This document shows, one piece after another, positions 48,667 to 58,796 of a stretch of 64,000 bases of DNA. A model generated the notes under the pieces. The model was not told the origin of the DNA. It saw only the letters and a program-made list of their open reading frames with translations, and ran no database searches. Numbering within the stretch: the stretch's first letter is position 1; the number at the start of each line of letters is the position of its first letter. A program made the position numbers and the translations under genes. Source of the stretch: Candidatus Moraniibacteriota bacterium (GTDB lineage Bacteria; Patescibacteriota; Minisyncoccia; Moranbacterales; UBA9337); NCBI GenBank assembly GCA_029865125.1, contig JAOUHN010000002.1, positions 713 to 64,712 of the forward strand, given 5' to 3'.

Positions 48667-49278
48667 ATGAGAAATCAACCAAAAAAATACAAAAGAATAG
48701 CAAAGAAGATGAAAAATTTTGACAGCGGAATCAGAACGTCTGTTGTCGTTGCAATTTTGATTTCTCTGAATTTTGCAATTTTTGCACATATGTTTGGGAT
48801 GGATGTTTTGGAATTATTAAATCCAAAAAGATACACCGATAACTCTGCAAATGTTAATGCTACAATGATGGAAGAAAAAATAAGAGATATGACAAAAGGA
48901 TATCCTATTGAAGAAATGGCGCAATATATTTCCAGAGAAGATGAACAAGTAGCAGCTTTTTTGGTGAGTATTGCTAAAAAAGAGAGTAATTGGGGGAAAA
49001 GATCTCCAAAATTGAACGGGAAGGATTGCTATAATTATTGGGGATTTCGTCAAAAAAGAGAAAAGATGGGAACTGGCGGGCACACTTGTTTTGACAATCC
49101 AAGAGAAGCAGTGAAGGTGGTTGCAAATAGAATTGAAGAATTGATTGAAAATGGTGTGGATAATCCCGCAGACATGATTGTGTGGAAGTGTGGAAGTAGC
49201 TGTCAAACGCACAGTGAAGTGGCTGTCAAAAAATGGATTAATGATGTAGATCTATATTACAAACGTTTTTATAATTAG
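48667..49278 (+). CDS. Membrane-anchored lysozyme/glucosaminidase-like hypothetical protein
   Basis: IAKKESNWG, CYNYWG motifs resemble a lysozyme-like fold; N-terminal TM. Confidence 0.6.
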   Translation: MRNQPKKYKRIAKKMKNFDSGIRTSVVVAILISLNFAIFAHMFGMDVLELLNPKRYTDNSANVNATMMEEKIRDMTKGYPIEEMAQYISREDEQVAAFLVSIAKKESNWGKRSPKLNGKDCYNYWGFRQKREKMGTGGHTCFDNPREAVKVVANRIEELIENGVDNPADMIVWKCGSSCQTHSEVAVKKWINDVDLYYKRFYN

Positions 49279-49401
49279 GAAAAATAAATATAAATCACCC
49301 TGAATTTTTTTTGGGGTGGTTTTTTGTTTGATTTTTTGTTAAAATTCATATTGAAGGACTATGTCTTTTCGAAAATAAAAATAAATTAGAAGCAAAAATA
49401 T

Positions 49402-50139
49402 ATGGATCTAAAAAAAGATAACGAAAACATAGATGAAAGTAGTGAGTTGTTGGAGGGGAATAATCCTGATGCAACTCAAGAAGATGCGATCTATGATGAC
49501 AATCCAGAAGAAAAATACACTAAAGAAAATGAAGGAGAAATTCCAGAAGAATATTCTCTCGAAGATGATTCTTTGAGGATCGTTGATTATAACAGAGGAA
49601 TGTCCATGGAGAAAAAAATAATGATTGCTGCCTCTATTTTTTTGGGTGTAGCTGTGATTGCAGTGGCTGTGTTTTTTGCAAATCAGAAGGGATTTTTCGA
49701 TAAGTATAAGAAGCAACCAGGAATGTCAATTACAGAGCTGGGAGTTGCAGTGAATGTGAATGATCAAAGTAATTCTGATTCTCAGAAAGAAAATGAATCC
49801 GAAGAGAAAATTGAGAACGAGAATCTTTCCAAAAATGACGAGAAATTTACTCCAAACAGAAATTTGGAAATTACTACTTTGAACGGTGGTGGAGGCGCTG
49901 GAACAGCTGGAAAGATGAAGACCTTTTTGCAAAAAGATGGATATGAAGATATCACTGCAAAAAATGCAAATGAATTTGATCATGAAGGTGTGGAAATATA
50001 TTATGCAGGTAATGATTTGAAAAAAGATGCTGAGGCAATAAAAAAGGTGATTGAAAAGTCATATGACAATGTATCTGTGGCGCTGGCTTCTTCAGGCGAT
50101 GAAAAACTTTCCGAGATAGTTGTTATTGTTGGAAAATAA
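49402..50139 (+). CDS. LytR C-terminal domain protein
   Basis: Acidic N-terminus, TM, LNGGGGAGTAG...NA...IVVIVGK. Confidence 0.82.
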   Translation: MDLKKDNENIDESSELLEGNNPDATQEDAIYDDNPEEKYTKENEGEIPEEYSLEDDSLRIVDYNRGMSMEKKIMIAASIFLGVAVIAVAVFFANQKGFFDKYKKQPGMSITELGVAVNVNDQSNSDSQKENESEEKIENENLSKNDEKFTPNRNLEITTLNGGGGAGTAGKMKTFLQKDGYEDITAKNANEFDHEGVEIYYAGNDLKKDAEAIKKVIEKSYDNVSVALASSGDEKLSEIVVIVGK

Positions 50140-50159
50140 TATTAAAAATAGAAAAATAA

Positions 50160-52847
50160 ATGACCAGCGAAAAGAGAGAGAAAGATTTTTACAACCTTTC
50201 TCCAGAAGAAACATTAAAAGAGTTGAATTCAAAGCAGGAGGGTTTGTCATCTGATGAATTGCAAGAAAGAATTGAGAAATTTGGAAAAAATGAATTGCCC
50301 CAAGGAAAAAAGAGATCGGCTCTGAAAATCTTTTTCAGACAATTGGCCAGCCCTTTGGTTGTCGTTGTTTTGATGGCGATGTTTTTTTCTTTTTTGATTG
50401 GACATGTTGCAGATGCGATGTTCATTGTGTTTGTCATTGTTGTGAACACAATTGTTGGTTTTGTACAGGAGGCAAAATCAGAAAAAGCGCTTGAGAAGTT
50501 GAACAAATCAGTGAGGTTTTATTGTAGAGTTTTTCGAGATGGACGAAAATTCAGAATTCAGAGTGAAGAGTTAGTGGTTGGAGATATTGTTGAGATTAGT
50601 TCCGGAGACAAAATTCCAGCGGATGGAAGATTGATCAAATGTTATGGGCTCAAGGTGAATGAAGCTGCATTGACAGGAGAATGGATGCCAATTGAAAAGG
50701 ACATTGAAATAATACACAAAAAATCCGGAGTTTCTGATAGGAAAAACATGGTTTTCATGGGATCTATTGTGGATGATGGACAAGGACTTTTTGTTGTCAC
50801 AAAAGTAGGAGTGAAAACGGAGCTTGGAAACATTTCAAAACTTGTTAGTGAAGAAAAAGATGTTAGAACTCCTCTTCAGAAAAAATTCTATGAACTTTCT
50901 CAAAAGATGTTAGTCCTGATTCTTTTGGCAGTTTTTGTTTTTGCAACAATATATGTTTTGCGCGGTGAATCTTTGTATAATGTTTTCATTACATCAATTG
51001 CGCTGGTTGTGAGCGCTGTTCCTGAGGGACTTTTACCTGCGATTACAATTGTTTTGGTTTTGGCAATGAGGAGATTGTCTCAAAAAAAAGCGCTGGTTCG
51101 AAAATTGGATGCTACAGAAGGAATGGGTTCAATTTCAGTGATATGCATGGACAAAACCGGAACACTCACGCTGGGAAAAATGAGAATCAGTCACATTATT
51201 ACAGGAACAGAGGAGCTTTTGAAAGAAGCAGGAGAACTGGATGAAATATATGATCCAAATTCCGCAAGAGCTCATTTGAAAGCTTTGGAAGTGGCGACAA
51301 TGGTCAATGAGGCGTATATTGAAAATCCTGACGATGAAATATCAGAATATATCATCAGAGGAAGACACACTGACAAGGCTCTTCTTTTGGCAGGGATTAA
51401 CGCAGGGATTATTCGAGAGAAGCTGGAGAGAAGATATCCAGTAATCCAAAATATTCCGTTCAATTCACTTAACAAATTTGCAGTCAAAGTGTGTCAATAT
51501 GATGGGGGAGTTGTTGTGTATGCACTTGGATCACCTGAGGCAATCATTGAAAAATCGAAAAATATTAGCGTGGATGAAAAAGGTGAAGAGGAAATTTCTT
51601 CAGAAAATGCTCAAAGACTATTTCAGAGAGTGGATGAGTTATCCAATCAAGGATTGAGACTTCTTTCTTGCGCTTGGAAAAAAATGAGCGTTGAAGAATA
51701 TGAAAAGATTAAGGATAATCAAATTGCGTTGACAACCAATCTAGATTTGATTGGATTTATTGCATTGAAAGATCCTCTCAGAAAAGACGCCAAAGAGTCT
51801 GTTGAAAAAGCGCAACGAGCTGGGATTAGGCCGATTTTGATTACAGGAGATCACAAAAACACTGCCAAGGCGATCATCAGCGAACTCGGGATTAAAGTTA
51901 GCGATAAGGAAATCTTGGAAGGAAAAGATTTGGATGAAATGGATGATCAAGCGCTTTTGCGTAAAGTGAAAACGGTTTCAATTTTTGCCAGAGTTGTTCC
52001 TGAGCACAAAATCAGAATCGTCAAAGCACTGCAAGGAAATGGAGAGGTTGTGGCAATGGTTGGAGATGGAGTGAATGACGCTCCTGCTCTCAAAGCCGCT
52101 GACATCGGAGTTTCTGTTGAAAATGGAACGGACATTGCCAAAGAAGTTTCCGACATCGTTTTGTTGGATGACAATTTTTCTGTCATCATCAAAGCAATTG
52201 AGCAAGGACGACTTGCAAAAGATAACATCAGAAGAATCATTGTGTATCTTTTGGCGGATGATTTTTCAGAGCTATTTCTGTTCTTTGCGGCGGTCATTTT
52301 GGGAATGCCTTTCCCGTTGTATCCAGCTCAGATTTTGTGGATCAATCTGGTTGAAGATGGATTTCCTGATATGGCACTGACAACAGAGAGTGACACAAGT
52401 GGCATCATGGACAGAAAACCAGAGAATCCAAAAGACCCGCTCCTGAGTCGATCATATAAGAAGTTTATGTTTTTAGTCTTTTTGATTTCAGGTTTGTCTG
52501 CATGCGCAATATTTTGCTACATCGGAAGTTATTTGGGTGACATAGAAAAAGCCAGAACAATGACGTTTGCGTTGATTGCTTTTGATTCGTTGTTGTTTGC
52601 ATATGTTGTCAAATCTTTTCGAAAATCGTTTTTTTCCAAGGAAAATTTTTCAAACAAAGTTTTGAATTGGGCAATTTTGGCTTCAATTTTGATGCTTCTT
52701 TTGGGAATGTATGTTCCATTTTTCCAAGGATTTTTGAGAGTTCAAAACATCGAAATATATGACTGGGCAATCATCATTGGAATCACGATTGTTGAGACAA
52801 TTATTTTTGATTTCTACAAGATGAGATTGTTCGGAAGGGATAAATAG
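50160..52847 (+). CDS. Cation-transporting P-type ATPase (type II, Ca2+-like)
   Basis: LTGE, PEGL, DKTGTLT, TGD, GDGVNDAPAL, QILWINL. Confidence 0.96.
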   Translation: MTSEKREKDFYNLSPEETLKELNSKQEGLSSDELQERIEKFGKNELPQGKKRSALKIFFRQLASPLVVVVLMAMFFSFLIGHVADAMFIVFVIVVNTIVGFVQEAKSEKALEKLNKSVRFYCRVFRDGRKFRIQSEELVVGDIVEISSGDKIPADGRLIKCYGLKVNEAALTGEWMPIEKDIEIIHKKSGVSDRKNMVFMGSIVDDGQGLFVVTKVGVKTELGNISKLVSEEKDVRTPLQKKFYELSQKMLVLILLAVFVFATIYVLRGESLYNVFITSIALVVSAVPEGLLPAITIVLVLAMRRLSQKKALVRKLDATEGMGSISVICMDKTGTLTLGKMRISHIITGTEELLKEAGELDEIYDPNSARAHLKALEVATMVNEAYIENPDDEISEYIIRGRHTDKALLLAGINAGIIREKLERRYPVIQNIPFNSLNKFAVKVCQYDGGVVVYALGSPEAIIEKSKNISVDEKGEEEISSENAQRLFQRVDELSNQGLRLLSCAWKKMSVEEYEKIKDNQIALTTNLDLIGFIALKDPLRKDAKESVEKAQRAGIRPILITGDHKNTAKAIISELGIKVSDKEILEGKDLDEMDDQALLRKVKTVSIFARVVPEHKIRIVKALQGNGEVVAMVGDGVNDAPALKAADIGVSVENGTDIAKEVSDIVLLDDNFSVIIKAIEQGRLAKDNIRRIIVYLLADDFSELFLFFAAVILGMPFPLYPAQILWINLVEDGFPDMALTTESDTSGIMDRKPENPKDPLLSRSYKKFMFLVFLISGLSACAIFCYIGSYLGDIEKARTMTFALIAFDSLLFAYVVKSFRKSFFSKENFSNKVLNWAILASILMLLLGMYVPFFQGFLRVQNIEIYDWAIIIGITIVETIIFDFYKMRLFGRDK

Positions 52848-53011
52848 GTTTTTTGGAAAACATCTTCGCTTTTCGCTTTTCAGCTTTAGACTGATACGCC
52901 TTGAGCGGATAACTTTCGGCTTATGGGCCTATTGACGATAAGATATTTTGTTGCTAATATATATCATGTTTTGACATGAGGTCAAAGCTTGTTTGTATTT
53001 ACGCTAAAAAT

Positions 53012-53117
53012 GCTCCGTTAGCTCAGGCAGGTAGAGTCGTTGCCTCTTAAGCAAACGGTCGTAGGTTCGCCCCAGCATGCGCAGGGCGTCCGGCGAATGC
53101 CCGGACGAATCCTACAC
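53012..53117 (+). pseudogene. Degenerate tRNA-Lys(CTT) copy with a 38-nt double-hairpin insertion in the T-loop
   Basis: Anticodon arm and T-stem identical to the adjacent tRNA-Lys; insertion 53070-53107; acceptor 3' strand lost. Confidence 0.8.
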
Positions 53118-53139
53118 AAAAAATAAAATAGAATAGTAA

Positions 53140-53212
53140 GCATCCATAGCTCAGTCGGTAGAGCAGTTGCCTCTTAAGCAAACGGTCGTAGGTTCGAATC
53201 CTACTGGGTGCA
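53140..53212 (+). tRNA. tRNA-Lys(CTT)
   Basis: Cloverleaf gcatcca/tgggtgc, anticodon loop ctcttaa, GGTTCGAATCC; no encoded CCA. Confidence 0.95.
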
Positions 53213-53262
53213 CAAATGAGATTTGAGATGATAGATTTGAGATAGAGATAGGAAAGAAATAT

Positions 53263-53334
53263 GCCCCCATAGCTCAACGGATAGAGCAACAGCCTTCTAA
53301 GCTGAAGATCTAGGTTCGATTCCTGGTGGGGGTA
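53263..53334 (+). tRNA. tRNA-Arg(TCT)
   Basis: gccccca/tgggggt, anticodon loop cttctaa, GGTTCGATTCC. Confidence 0.95.
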
Positions 53335-53477
53335 CATTGTTAAATTAAAAATCAAAAATTGAAAATCAAAAGTTTGGAATGCAGAAATGCAAGGTGAAAG
53401 TTTGTGAAGTCTGTGAAGTCCATAAAGTCCATAAAGTAAAAAGTCTGTAAAGTCTAAAGAAAAAATCAAAAAAACAC

Positions 53478-53520
53478 TGTCATCCTGAACAATAGTGAAG
53501 GATCCCAGAATAAAAGCACT
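53478..53520. repeat. Solo left REP-like arm
   Basis: tgtcatcctgaacaatagtgaaggatcccagaataaaagcac. Confidence 0.7.
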
Positions 53521-53751
53521 GATTAGATTTGAGAAAGAGATTTGAGAAGCGCAATACCAAGTTTTTAGAATATTAAAAAACCACTCCGGAAGGGTGGTTT
53601 TTTGATAGCATTATTGTTATAGTGGAATAGAAATAATTCCCAGGACCGTCCTAGTTAAATCCGTCCTAGTTAAATATTTTCTAGCTATTTTTTGACTATC
53701 TGTATTTTTAGAGATAAACTTTAGCTATAGATAAAAAGTATTTGAATTTTT

Positions 53752-54528
53752 ATGAAACAAATTTCAGCACCAGTTGCGTGGGCAATTATTATCGGCACAA
53801 CCTTGGTAATTGCGGGTATTATTTTGGTTGAAAATAAAAAATTTAGTTATTCAAGTTTTGTTTCTGATGGATATTTGGAGAATCAAGATGAGGGATTGGT
53901 TGAATATTTGGAGAATCAAAATGAGGGATTGGTTGAATACTCAGATAAGAGGAGTGAAGAAATAAATAGAAGTTCAAATGGGAAAAATGAGAGATTAAGA
54001 GAATGTGGTTTAGTAAAAAAAATATGTTCCAATGGAACAGTTTTTGAAGAGGTTAATGAGGATTGTGAGTTTCCAGAATGTCCAAATGAGAAAATACCAA
54101 ATTGGGAAGAGTGGTATGTTGTGGGTTCTGGAAAGATGAAATTTACATTTAAGACTCCTAGTGGATGGAGGTGCTTTGAGGAGGATGTTTTTCATGAAAC
54201 AAACTGTGATGCTAATGCCTCAGGTCATCCATCTGGAAAGGATGCGATAATTCATTATCGCGGAGTAAGCATTGACAGGAGACTTAAGGAGATAGAAGAC
54301 AGCGAGACGAAGAAGTATGAAGAATTGAAAAAAATAAAAATAGGAAATTATAACGCTTATAGTTTCATAGAGGTGTATACTAAAAGTGGTGAAAGAAATT
54401 ATTATGTTTTAGTGGATTTTGATGATGGATATGTAAGTTTTCATCTTGTTAAAAAATCTTCAGGGGAAGAGTTGAGCGAGGAGGAAAAAACTATCATTTC
54501 TTCTCTTAATAAAGAATATAAAAGATAA
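53752..54528 (+). CDS. Membrane-anchored secreted protein with Cys motif and 11-aa duplication
   Basis: N-terminal TM; YLENQ(D/N)EGLVE x2; CxxxxKxCxxG...CEFPECP. Confidence 0.75.
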   Translation: MKQISAPVAWAIIIGTTLVIAGIILVENKKFSYSSFVSDGYLENQDEGLVEYLENQNEGLVEYSDKRSEEINRSSNGKNERLRECGLVKKICSNGTVFEEVNEDCEFPECPNEKIPNWEEWYVVGSGKMKFTFKTPSGWRCFEEDVFHETNCDANASGHPSGKDAIIHYRGVSIDRRLKEIEDSETKKYEELKKIKIGNYNAYSFIEVYTKSGERNYYVLVDFDDGYVSFHLVKKSSGEELSEEEKTIISSLNKEYKR

Positions 54529-54615
54529 TTTAAATATGTTTTTCTGAATATCAAAACCATCCGGAAGGGTGGTTTTTGTGTTAAAATAGAAGTGGTAATT
54601 TTTTGGTGAAAAAGT

Positions 54616-55590
54616 TTGATGAAAAAAATTGTTTCGATCGTTTCCTTTTTTATTGTTTTAATTTCAGTCTTTGTTTTTGTCTTCACTTTCAGAGTGAAAT
54701 TGACAGGTGTTTTTGGTTTGAAAGAAAGTGGACTGCAAGAAATTCAAGAAGTTGCTCCCAGGAAGGCGAGTGTTTTGTTTGTGGGTGACATGATGTTTGA
54801 CCGCTGGATCAGACAGGTAACAGAAAGGAAGGGGATTGATTTTGTGCTTGGTGGAGTGGACCGAGTTCTTGAGAAAAATGACTTGGTTGTGGGAAATTTG
54901 GAGGGTCCAATCACGGGGAATGAGTCAGTGAGTGTGGGGACGGAGTTTGGTTCCAGGGAGAATTACATCTTCACTTTTCCTCCGGAAACCGCAAGCAATT
55001 TGCAAAAGAAAAACATTCGATTGGTGAGTCTTGGAAACAATCACATTTGGAATTTCGGAACTGACGGATTGGCGGAAACAAAAAAACATTTGAGTAATGC
55101 TGGAGTGGAATTTTTTGGAGACACTGGGGAAGATGGAGAGAGATTTGTTGTGAGGGAAATCAATGGAATCAAAATCGCTTTTGTGAATTTCAATCAGTTT
55201 GCCAGAAAGGGGAGAGAGAATGTGATGGGTGATTTGGAGGCTGTGAAGAGTCTCAAACCTGATTTTGTGGTCGTGTATGCTCATTGGGGGAAGGAATATG
55301 AAGGAAGGCCGGAGGAAGAGACTGTGGCGCTTGCACGCGCGTTTGTGGATGACGGAGCGGACGCTGTCATTGGTTCTCATCCTCATGTTGTTCAAACCAA
55401 GGAGGAATACAAAGAAAAAATGATCTATTATTCTCTGGGCAATTTTGTTTTTGACCAATATTTTGAAGACGAAACACAGCGAGGAATGATTGTGGAAGTT
55501 GAATTTGATTCAAGTGGGAAATTGAATTTTCAGGAGCATGACACAGAAATGGGGCCCAGTGGGCAGACAAGTTTGTTGTATCGGCTCTAG
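54616..55590 (+). CDS. CapA (PGA_cap) family metallophosphatase
   Basis: VGDMM, GNLEG, GNNH, HWG.EY, GSHPH, YSLGNF. Confidence 0.92.
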   Translation: MMKKIVSIVSFFIVLISVFVFVFTFRVKLTGVFGLKESGLQEIQEVAPRKASVLFVGDMMFDRWIRQVTERKGIDFVLGGVDRVLEKNDLVVGNLEGPITGNESVSVGTEFGSRENYIFTFPPETASNLQKKNIRLVSLGNNHIWNFGTDGLAETKKHLSNAGVEFFGDTGEDGERFVVREINGIKIAFVNFNQFARKGRENVMGDLEAVKSLKPDFVVVYAHWGKEYEGRPEEETVALARAFVDDGADAVIGSHPHVVQTKEEYKEKMIYYSLGNFVFDQYFEDETQRGMIVEVEFDSSGKLNFQEHDTEMGPSGQTSLLYRL

Positions 55591-55630
55591 GTCATGGTAT
55601 AATGTGAATATTAGCACTGAGTAGATTTGA

Positions 55631-55723
55631 TGTCATTCTGATCCGCCAGTAGGCGGAGAAGAATCCCCGAATAAAGGGCACGAGTGTTGAATTACGAGAT
55701 CCTTCACTTCGTTCAGGATGACA
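55631..55723. repeat. TGTCA REP-like doublet variant with ccgccagtaggcgg insert
   Basis: tgtcattctg...agaatc...gatccttcacttcgttcaggatgaca. Confidence 0.8.
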
Positions 55724-55771
55724 TAGTAGTAGCTGGTTTGCGCAAAATTAATTAGACGTAATATAAATAAT

Positions 55772-56326
55772 ATGAAGATAGCGGTAATTTCAGACATTCA
55801 TGATAATTTCCACAATATGGTTTGTGCTGTTGAGGAGATTGAGAAGAGAGATGTTGAATATGTTTTGTGTTTGGGTGATTTGGTGGCCAACGGGATTGCG
55901 AAAATTTTGGCGAAATTGAATGTTCCTGTGCTTTTGATTTGGGGGAACAATATTGGAGACAAGGTTCAAGTCATGAACACTGCTTTTGAAAGCAAAGGAA
56001 AGTTGACTGTCAGTGAAAAAACATATGACTCAATTGAACTTGGTGGAAGAAAATTGTTTCTTTCACACTACCCTGACTTGGCGAATCCAATTGCTGCTTC
56101 TGGTGAATTTGACGCTGTGTTTTTTGGACACACTCACAAGAAATCTCAAGAAAAATTGGGAGATTGTTTGGTTCTCAATCCTGGAGAAATCGGGACTATG
56201 GTTGTTTCCGAAGCGAGTTTTGCGGTGTATGACACAAAAACAAATGAAGCGGAGTTCGTTGTTCTTGATGACACCGTGGTTATTCGAACTGACAAGGTTG
56301 AAGAGTACATGAAAAATATTTTCTAG
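55772..56326 (+). CDS. YfcE-family metallophosphoesterase
   Basis: ISDIH, LGD, GNN, GHTH, LNPG. Confidence 0.92.
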   Translation: MKIAVISDIHDNFHNMVCAVEEIEKRDVEYVLCLGDLVANGIAKILAKLNVPVLLIWGNNIGDKVQVMNTAFESKGKLTVSEKTYDSIELGGRKLFLSHYPDLANPIAASGEFDAVFFGHTHKKSQEKLGDCLVLNPGEIGTMVVSEASFAVYDTKTNEAEFVVLDDTVVIRTDKVEEYMKNIF

Positions 56327-56416
56327 GCACTTTGCTAGAGCAAAAATCCTTATGTAGATAACTAGGGATTTTTGTTTTGGCAGAACCTATAACCTTGAGA
56401 AAGAGGAGGCGCTTAA

Positions 56417-56746
56417 ATGTTTTTCAAAATAGTTCTTTCGATTTTAGCAATCACTTTCTTGCTTGCTTGTCTGTTATTCTTGTGGGTTTTGCGCAAAGAT
56501 TTGTGCGACAGGATATATTCCGGGCTGTGCAACCTATTTGGAAGTAGAATTGATAACATCGATTCTAATATTGAGTATAGTCCACAAAGATTACTTTGCG
56601 CGTCTGCAGATAAGTCACCGGAATATGTAAATCTAGTGGAGTTACATGAGGAGTATGTAATATTAAGCAAGAAGAGATTTCTTCTGAGTTTAGGAGGAAT
56701 TAAGTCACTCCACAAGAAAGTTGAAGATGAAGTGATCAAACTCTAG
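56417..56746 (+). CDS. Hypothetical membrane-anchored protein
   Basis: SD gaggagg, N-terminal TM; flanked by terminator-like hairpins. Confidence 0.6.
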   Translation: MFFKIVLSILAITFLLACLLFLWVLRKDLCDRIYSGLCNLFGSRIDNIDSNIEYSPQRLLCASADKSPEYVNLVELHEEYVILSKKRFLLSLGGIKSLHKKVEDEVIKL

Positions 56747-56795
56747 TCATTCAGATGAAAAAAACGGGACGCCCCTGCGTGGGTGCCCCGATTTT

Positions 56796-58067
56796 TTATA
56801 CTCCGTGTGCTTTTTTGTAGTCTTTCCATTCTCCATTTGACCAGTTTTTTGGTTTTTCTGTGAGAACAACTTCTTGACCTGGTTGAGGATAGTTGTTGGG
56901 TGAATCGTAACTGCTCTTGAAAACATCGCTCAATATGGTGATATTGTTCGAATCATATACGGTTTGCGTGAACACTGTTTCCATTGATCCATCACTTTCT
57001 CGTGAAGTGATGTGTGGTCCATCAACATCAACTCTGCGACCATTTTTTGTGCCATAGAATCTGAAGACGAGTTCTCTTGCAGGGATGTTAATTTCATATT
57101 GAATCAAGATATGATTGCCGGTATTATTGATGAATTTGAGGTCAGGTTTGGGAACATATACAGTAGAATCCATTCCTTGAGGATCGTAGTAGTGAACGGG
57201 ATAGGCATGATTTCTTCTGGCTGTGATTTCGAGTCCGCTATAGATTGCAGCTCGAAAAACAGTGGTTGAAACCTGGCAAACTCCTCCTCCATAATCAAGT
57301 TCTGTTTTGTTTTTCTTGATGACTAGTTCTTGCTTGTATCCATTCTCTCCGTCTACTGGTCCAAGATGCTCCACAAATGAAAATTCTTCTCCTGGCTTGA
57401 TAATGAGTCCATTGAATTTGTTGGAGGCTACTTGAATGTTGAATATTCTGTTGTTTGTTGATCCACTGAAATTTGATCTCCCTTCACCAATGAGCTCCAC
57501 TATTCCCATTTTGTTCACGTCACTTGATTTGATTTCCGGAGATAGTATTTCATAGGGAAGTTCAATTTCGTTTCGGTCAAAATCTTGATTTTGGATGAGA
57601 GTCATTATTTTTTCTTTGCTTTTCTCAAGATCTATTCCCATCCCATCTTTTTCTATTGAAAAAGCAGCAGCCTGACCTTCTTTGATGGAAAAGCTGGCAT
57701 TCACCGGTTCTATGTTGATCTCTTCGGACAAATTTTCCAAAAAAGAAACAATAATTTCCTCATCTGGAGATGATTGCTGAATCTTTTTGGTGTGAAACCC
57801 ATCAACAGTTCTGCTCAAAAGCGAACACAGAATCAGAGTTGTGTCACAATGTGAGATGTTTTCAATTTTTGATTTGTAGTTCTTTTGATGTTCAAGCGTA
57901 GGATTATATTTTGTCCATTTGTTGAATTCATCTTTGTGAATTATTTTTTCCTGATCTTTGATTTTCAATTTCAATTCTTCGAGATTGGAGAAAGCAAAAA
58001 CAGGGCTATTGAAAAATAGCGTTATTGCAAGGGTAATGATTAATAATATTAGTCTTTTTTTTAACAT
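56796..58067 (-). CDS. VanW family protein
   Basis: NRIFNI, PGEEFSF, GGGVCQVSTTVFRA, RRNH, DLKFINN. Confidence 0.92.
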   Translation of the reverse strand: MLKKRLILLIITLAITLFFNSPVFAFSNLEELKLKIKDQEKIIHKDEFNKWTKYNPTLEHQKNYKSKIENISHCDTTLILCSLLSRTVDGFHTKKIQQSSPDEEIIVSFLENLSEEINIEPVNASFSIKEGQAAAFSIEKDGMGIDLEKSKEKIMTLIQNQDFDRNEIELPYEILSPEIKSSDVNKMGIVELIGEGRSNFSGSTNNRIFNIQVASNKFNGLIIKPGEEFSFVEHLGPVDGENGYKQELVIKKNKTELDYGGGVCQVSTTVFRAAIYSGLEITARRNHAYPVHYYDPQGMDSTVYVPKPDLKFINNTGNHILIQYEINIPARELVFRFYGTKNGRRVDVDGPHITSRESDGSMETVFTQTVYDSNNITILSDVFKSSYDSPNNYPQPGQEVVLTEKPKNWSNGEWKDYKKAHGV

Positions 58068-58176
58068 GAGAGCTAATTGAATTAGATAAGTCCCAAGGAA
58101 ATCAAAACCACTCTGCAAGGAACAGGGTGGTTTTGAATATAGTGAAATAATTTTTAATAAGATAAAAATATTTCCT

Positions 58177-58743
58177 CTAGAACCCGCGTACCTGAATTTT
58201 TTTTACTTTGTTTACTTCAGCCTTAGGAAGTCTGATTGTTAAAATTCCATTCTTGAGAGATGCTTCTGCTTTTTCTGGCAAAACGTCAACAGGAAGAACA
58301 ACTGATCTTGAAAATCCTCCCCAATAACACTCTTGGTAGTAATAATTTTCCTCAGAAACCTCTTCTTCACTCCTTCTTTCTCCTTTGATTGTCACCATAT
58401 CATTATTGATGGAAACATCAAGATCTTCCGGTTTCACTCCAGCAATGGTTGATTTGAGGACAATTTCATTGTCAGTTTGATATACATCAATAGTCAGCTG
58501 TCCGTCATCTTCCTCAGATGTTTCAATTGATGTGCTTTCATCATGATGTCCCCAGCTTCCGATAGATTGATCCTCGTGATGCATCATCTCTTCTGGTTCA
58601 TGATGAGATGGAGGCATGTTAATTCGTGACTCAGAATCATCTGAATTGATTTGCATGTGTTCCATATGATTAGGTTCATAGGCGTCTTCTATTTTTTTGG
58701 ATCCAGTAAGACGCTCCATGAATGATTTTTTTTGTTTTACCAT
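58177..58743 (-). CDS. Hsp20/alpha-crystallin small heat shock protein
   Basis: IDVYQT, AGVKPEDL, GFSRSVVLP, NGILTIRLPK. Confidence 0.93.
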   Translation of the reverse strand: MVKQKKSFMERLTGSKKIEDAYEPNHMEHMQINSDDSESRINMPPSHHEPEEMMHHEDQSIGSWGHHDESTSIETSEEDDGQLTIDVYQTDNEIVLKSTIAGVKPEDLDVSINNDMVTIKGERRSEEEVSEENYYYQECYWGGFSRSVVLPVDVLPEKAEASLKNGILTIRLPKAEVNKVKKIQVRGF

Positions 58744-58796
58744 ATTTTTAAGTTGATTTAGCTTTTTTACAAGTTGTTTTAATTATAGAATAAATG

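Noticed and set aside
48235-49278. Prophage lysis cassette (holin plus lysozyme-like gene)
   Set aside because: DUF360/YvlD proteins are common chromosomal genes and no phage structural, replication or integrase genes are nearby
53070-53107. Functional tRNA intron
   Set aside because: Too short for a self-splicing intron, not in the anticodon loop, and the host copy lacks a pairing acceptor stem
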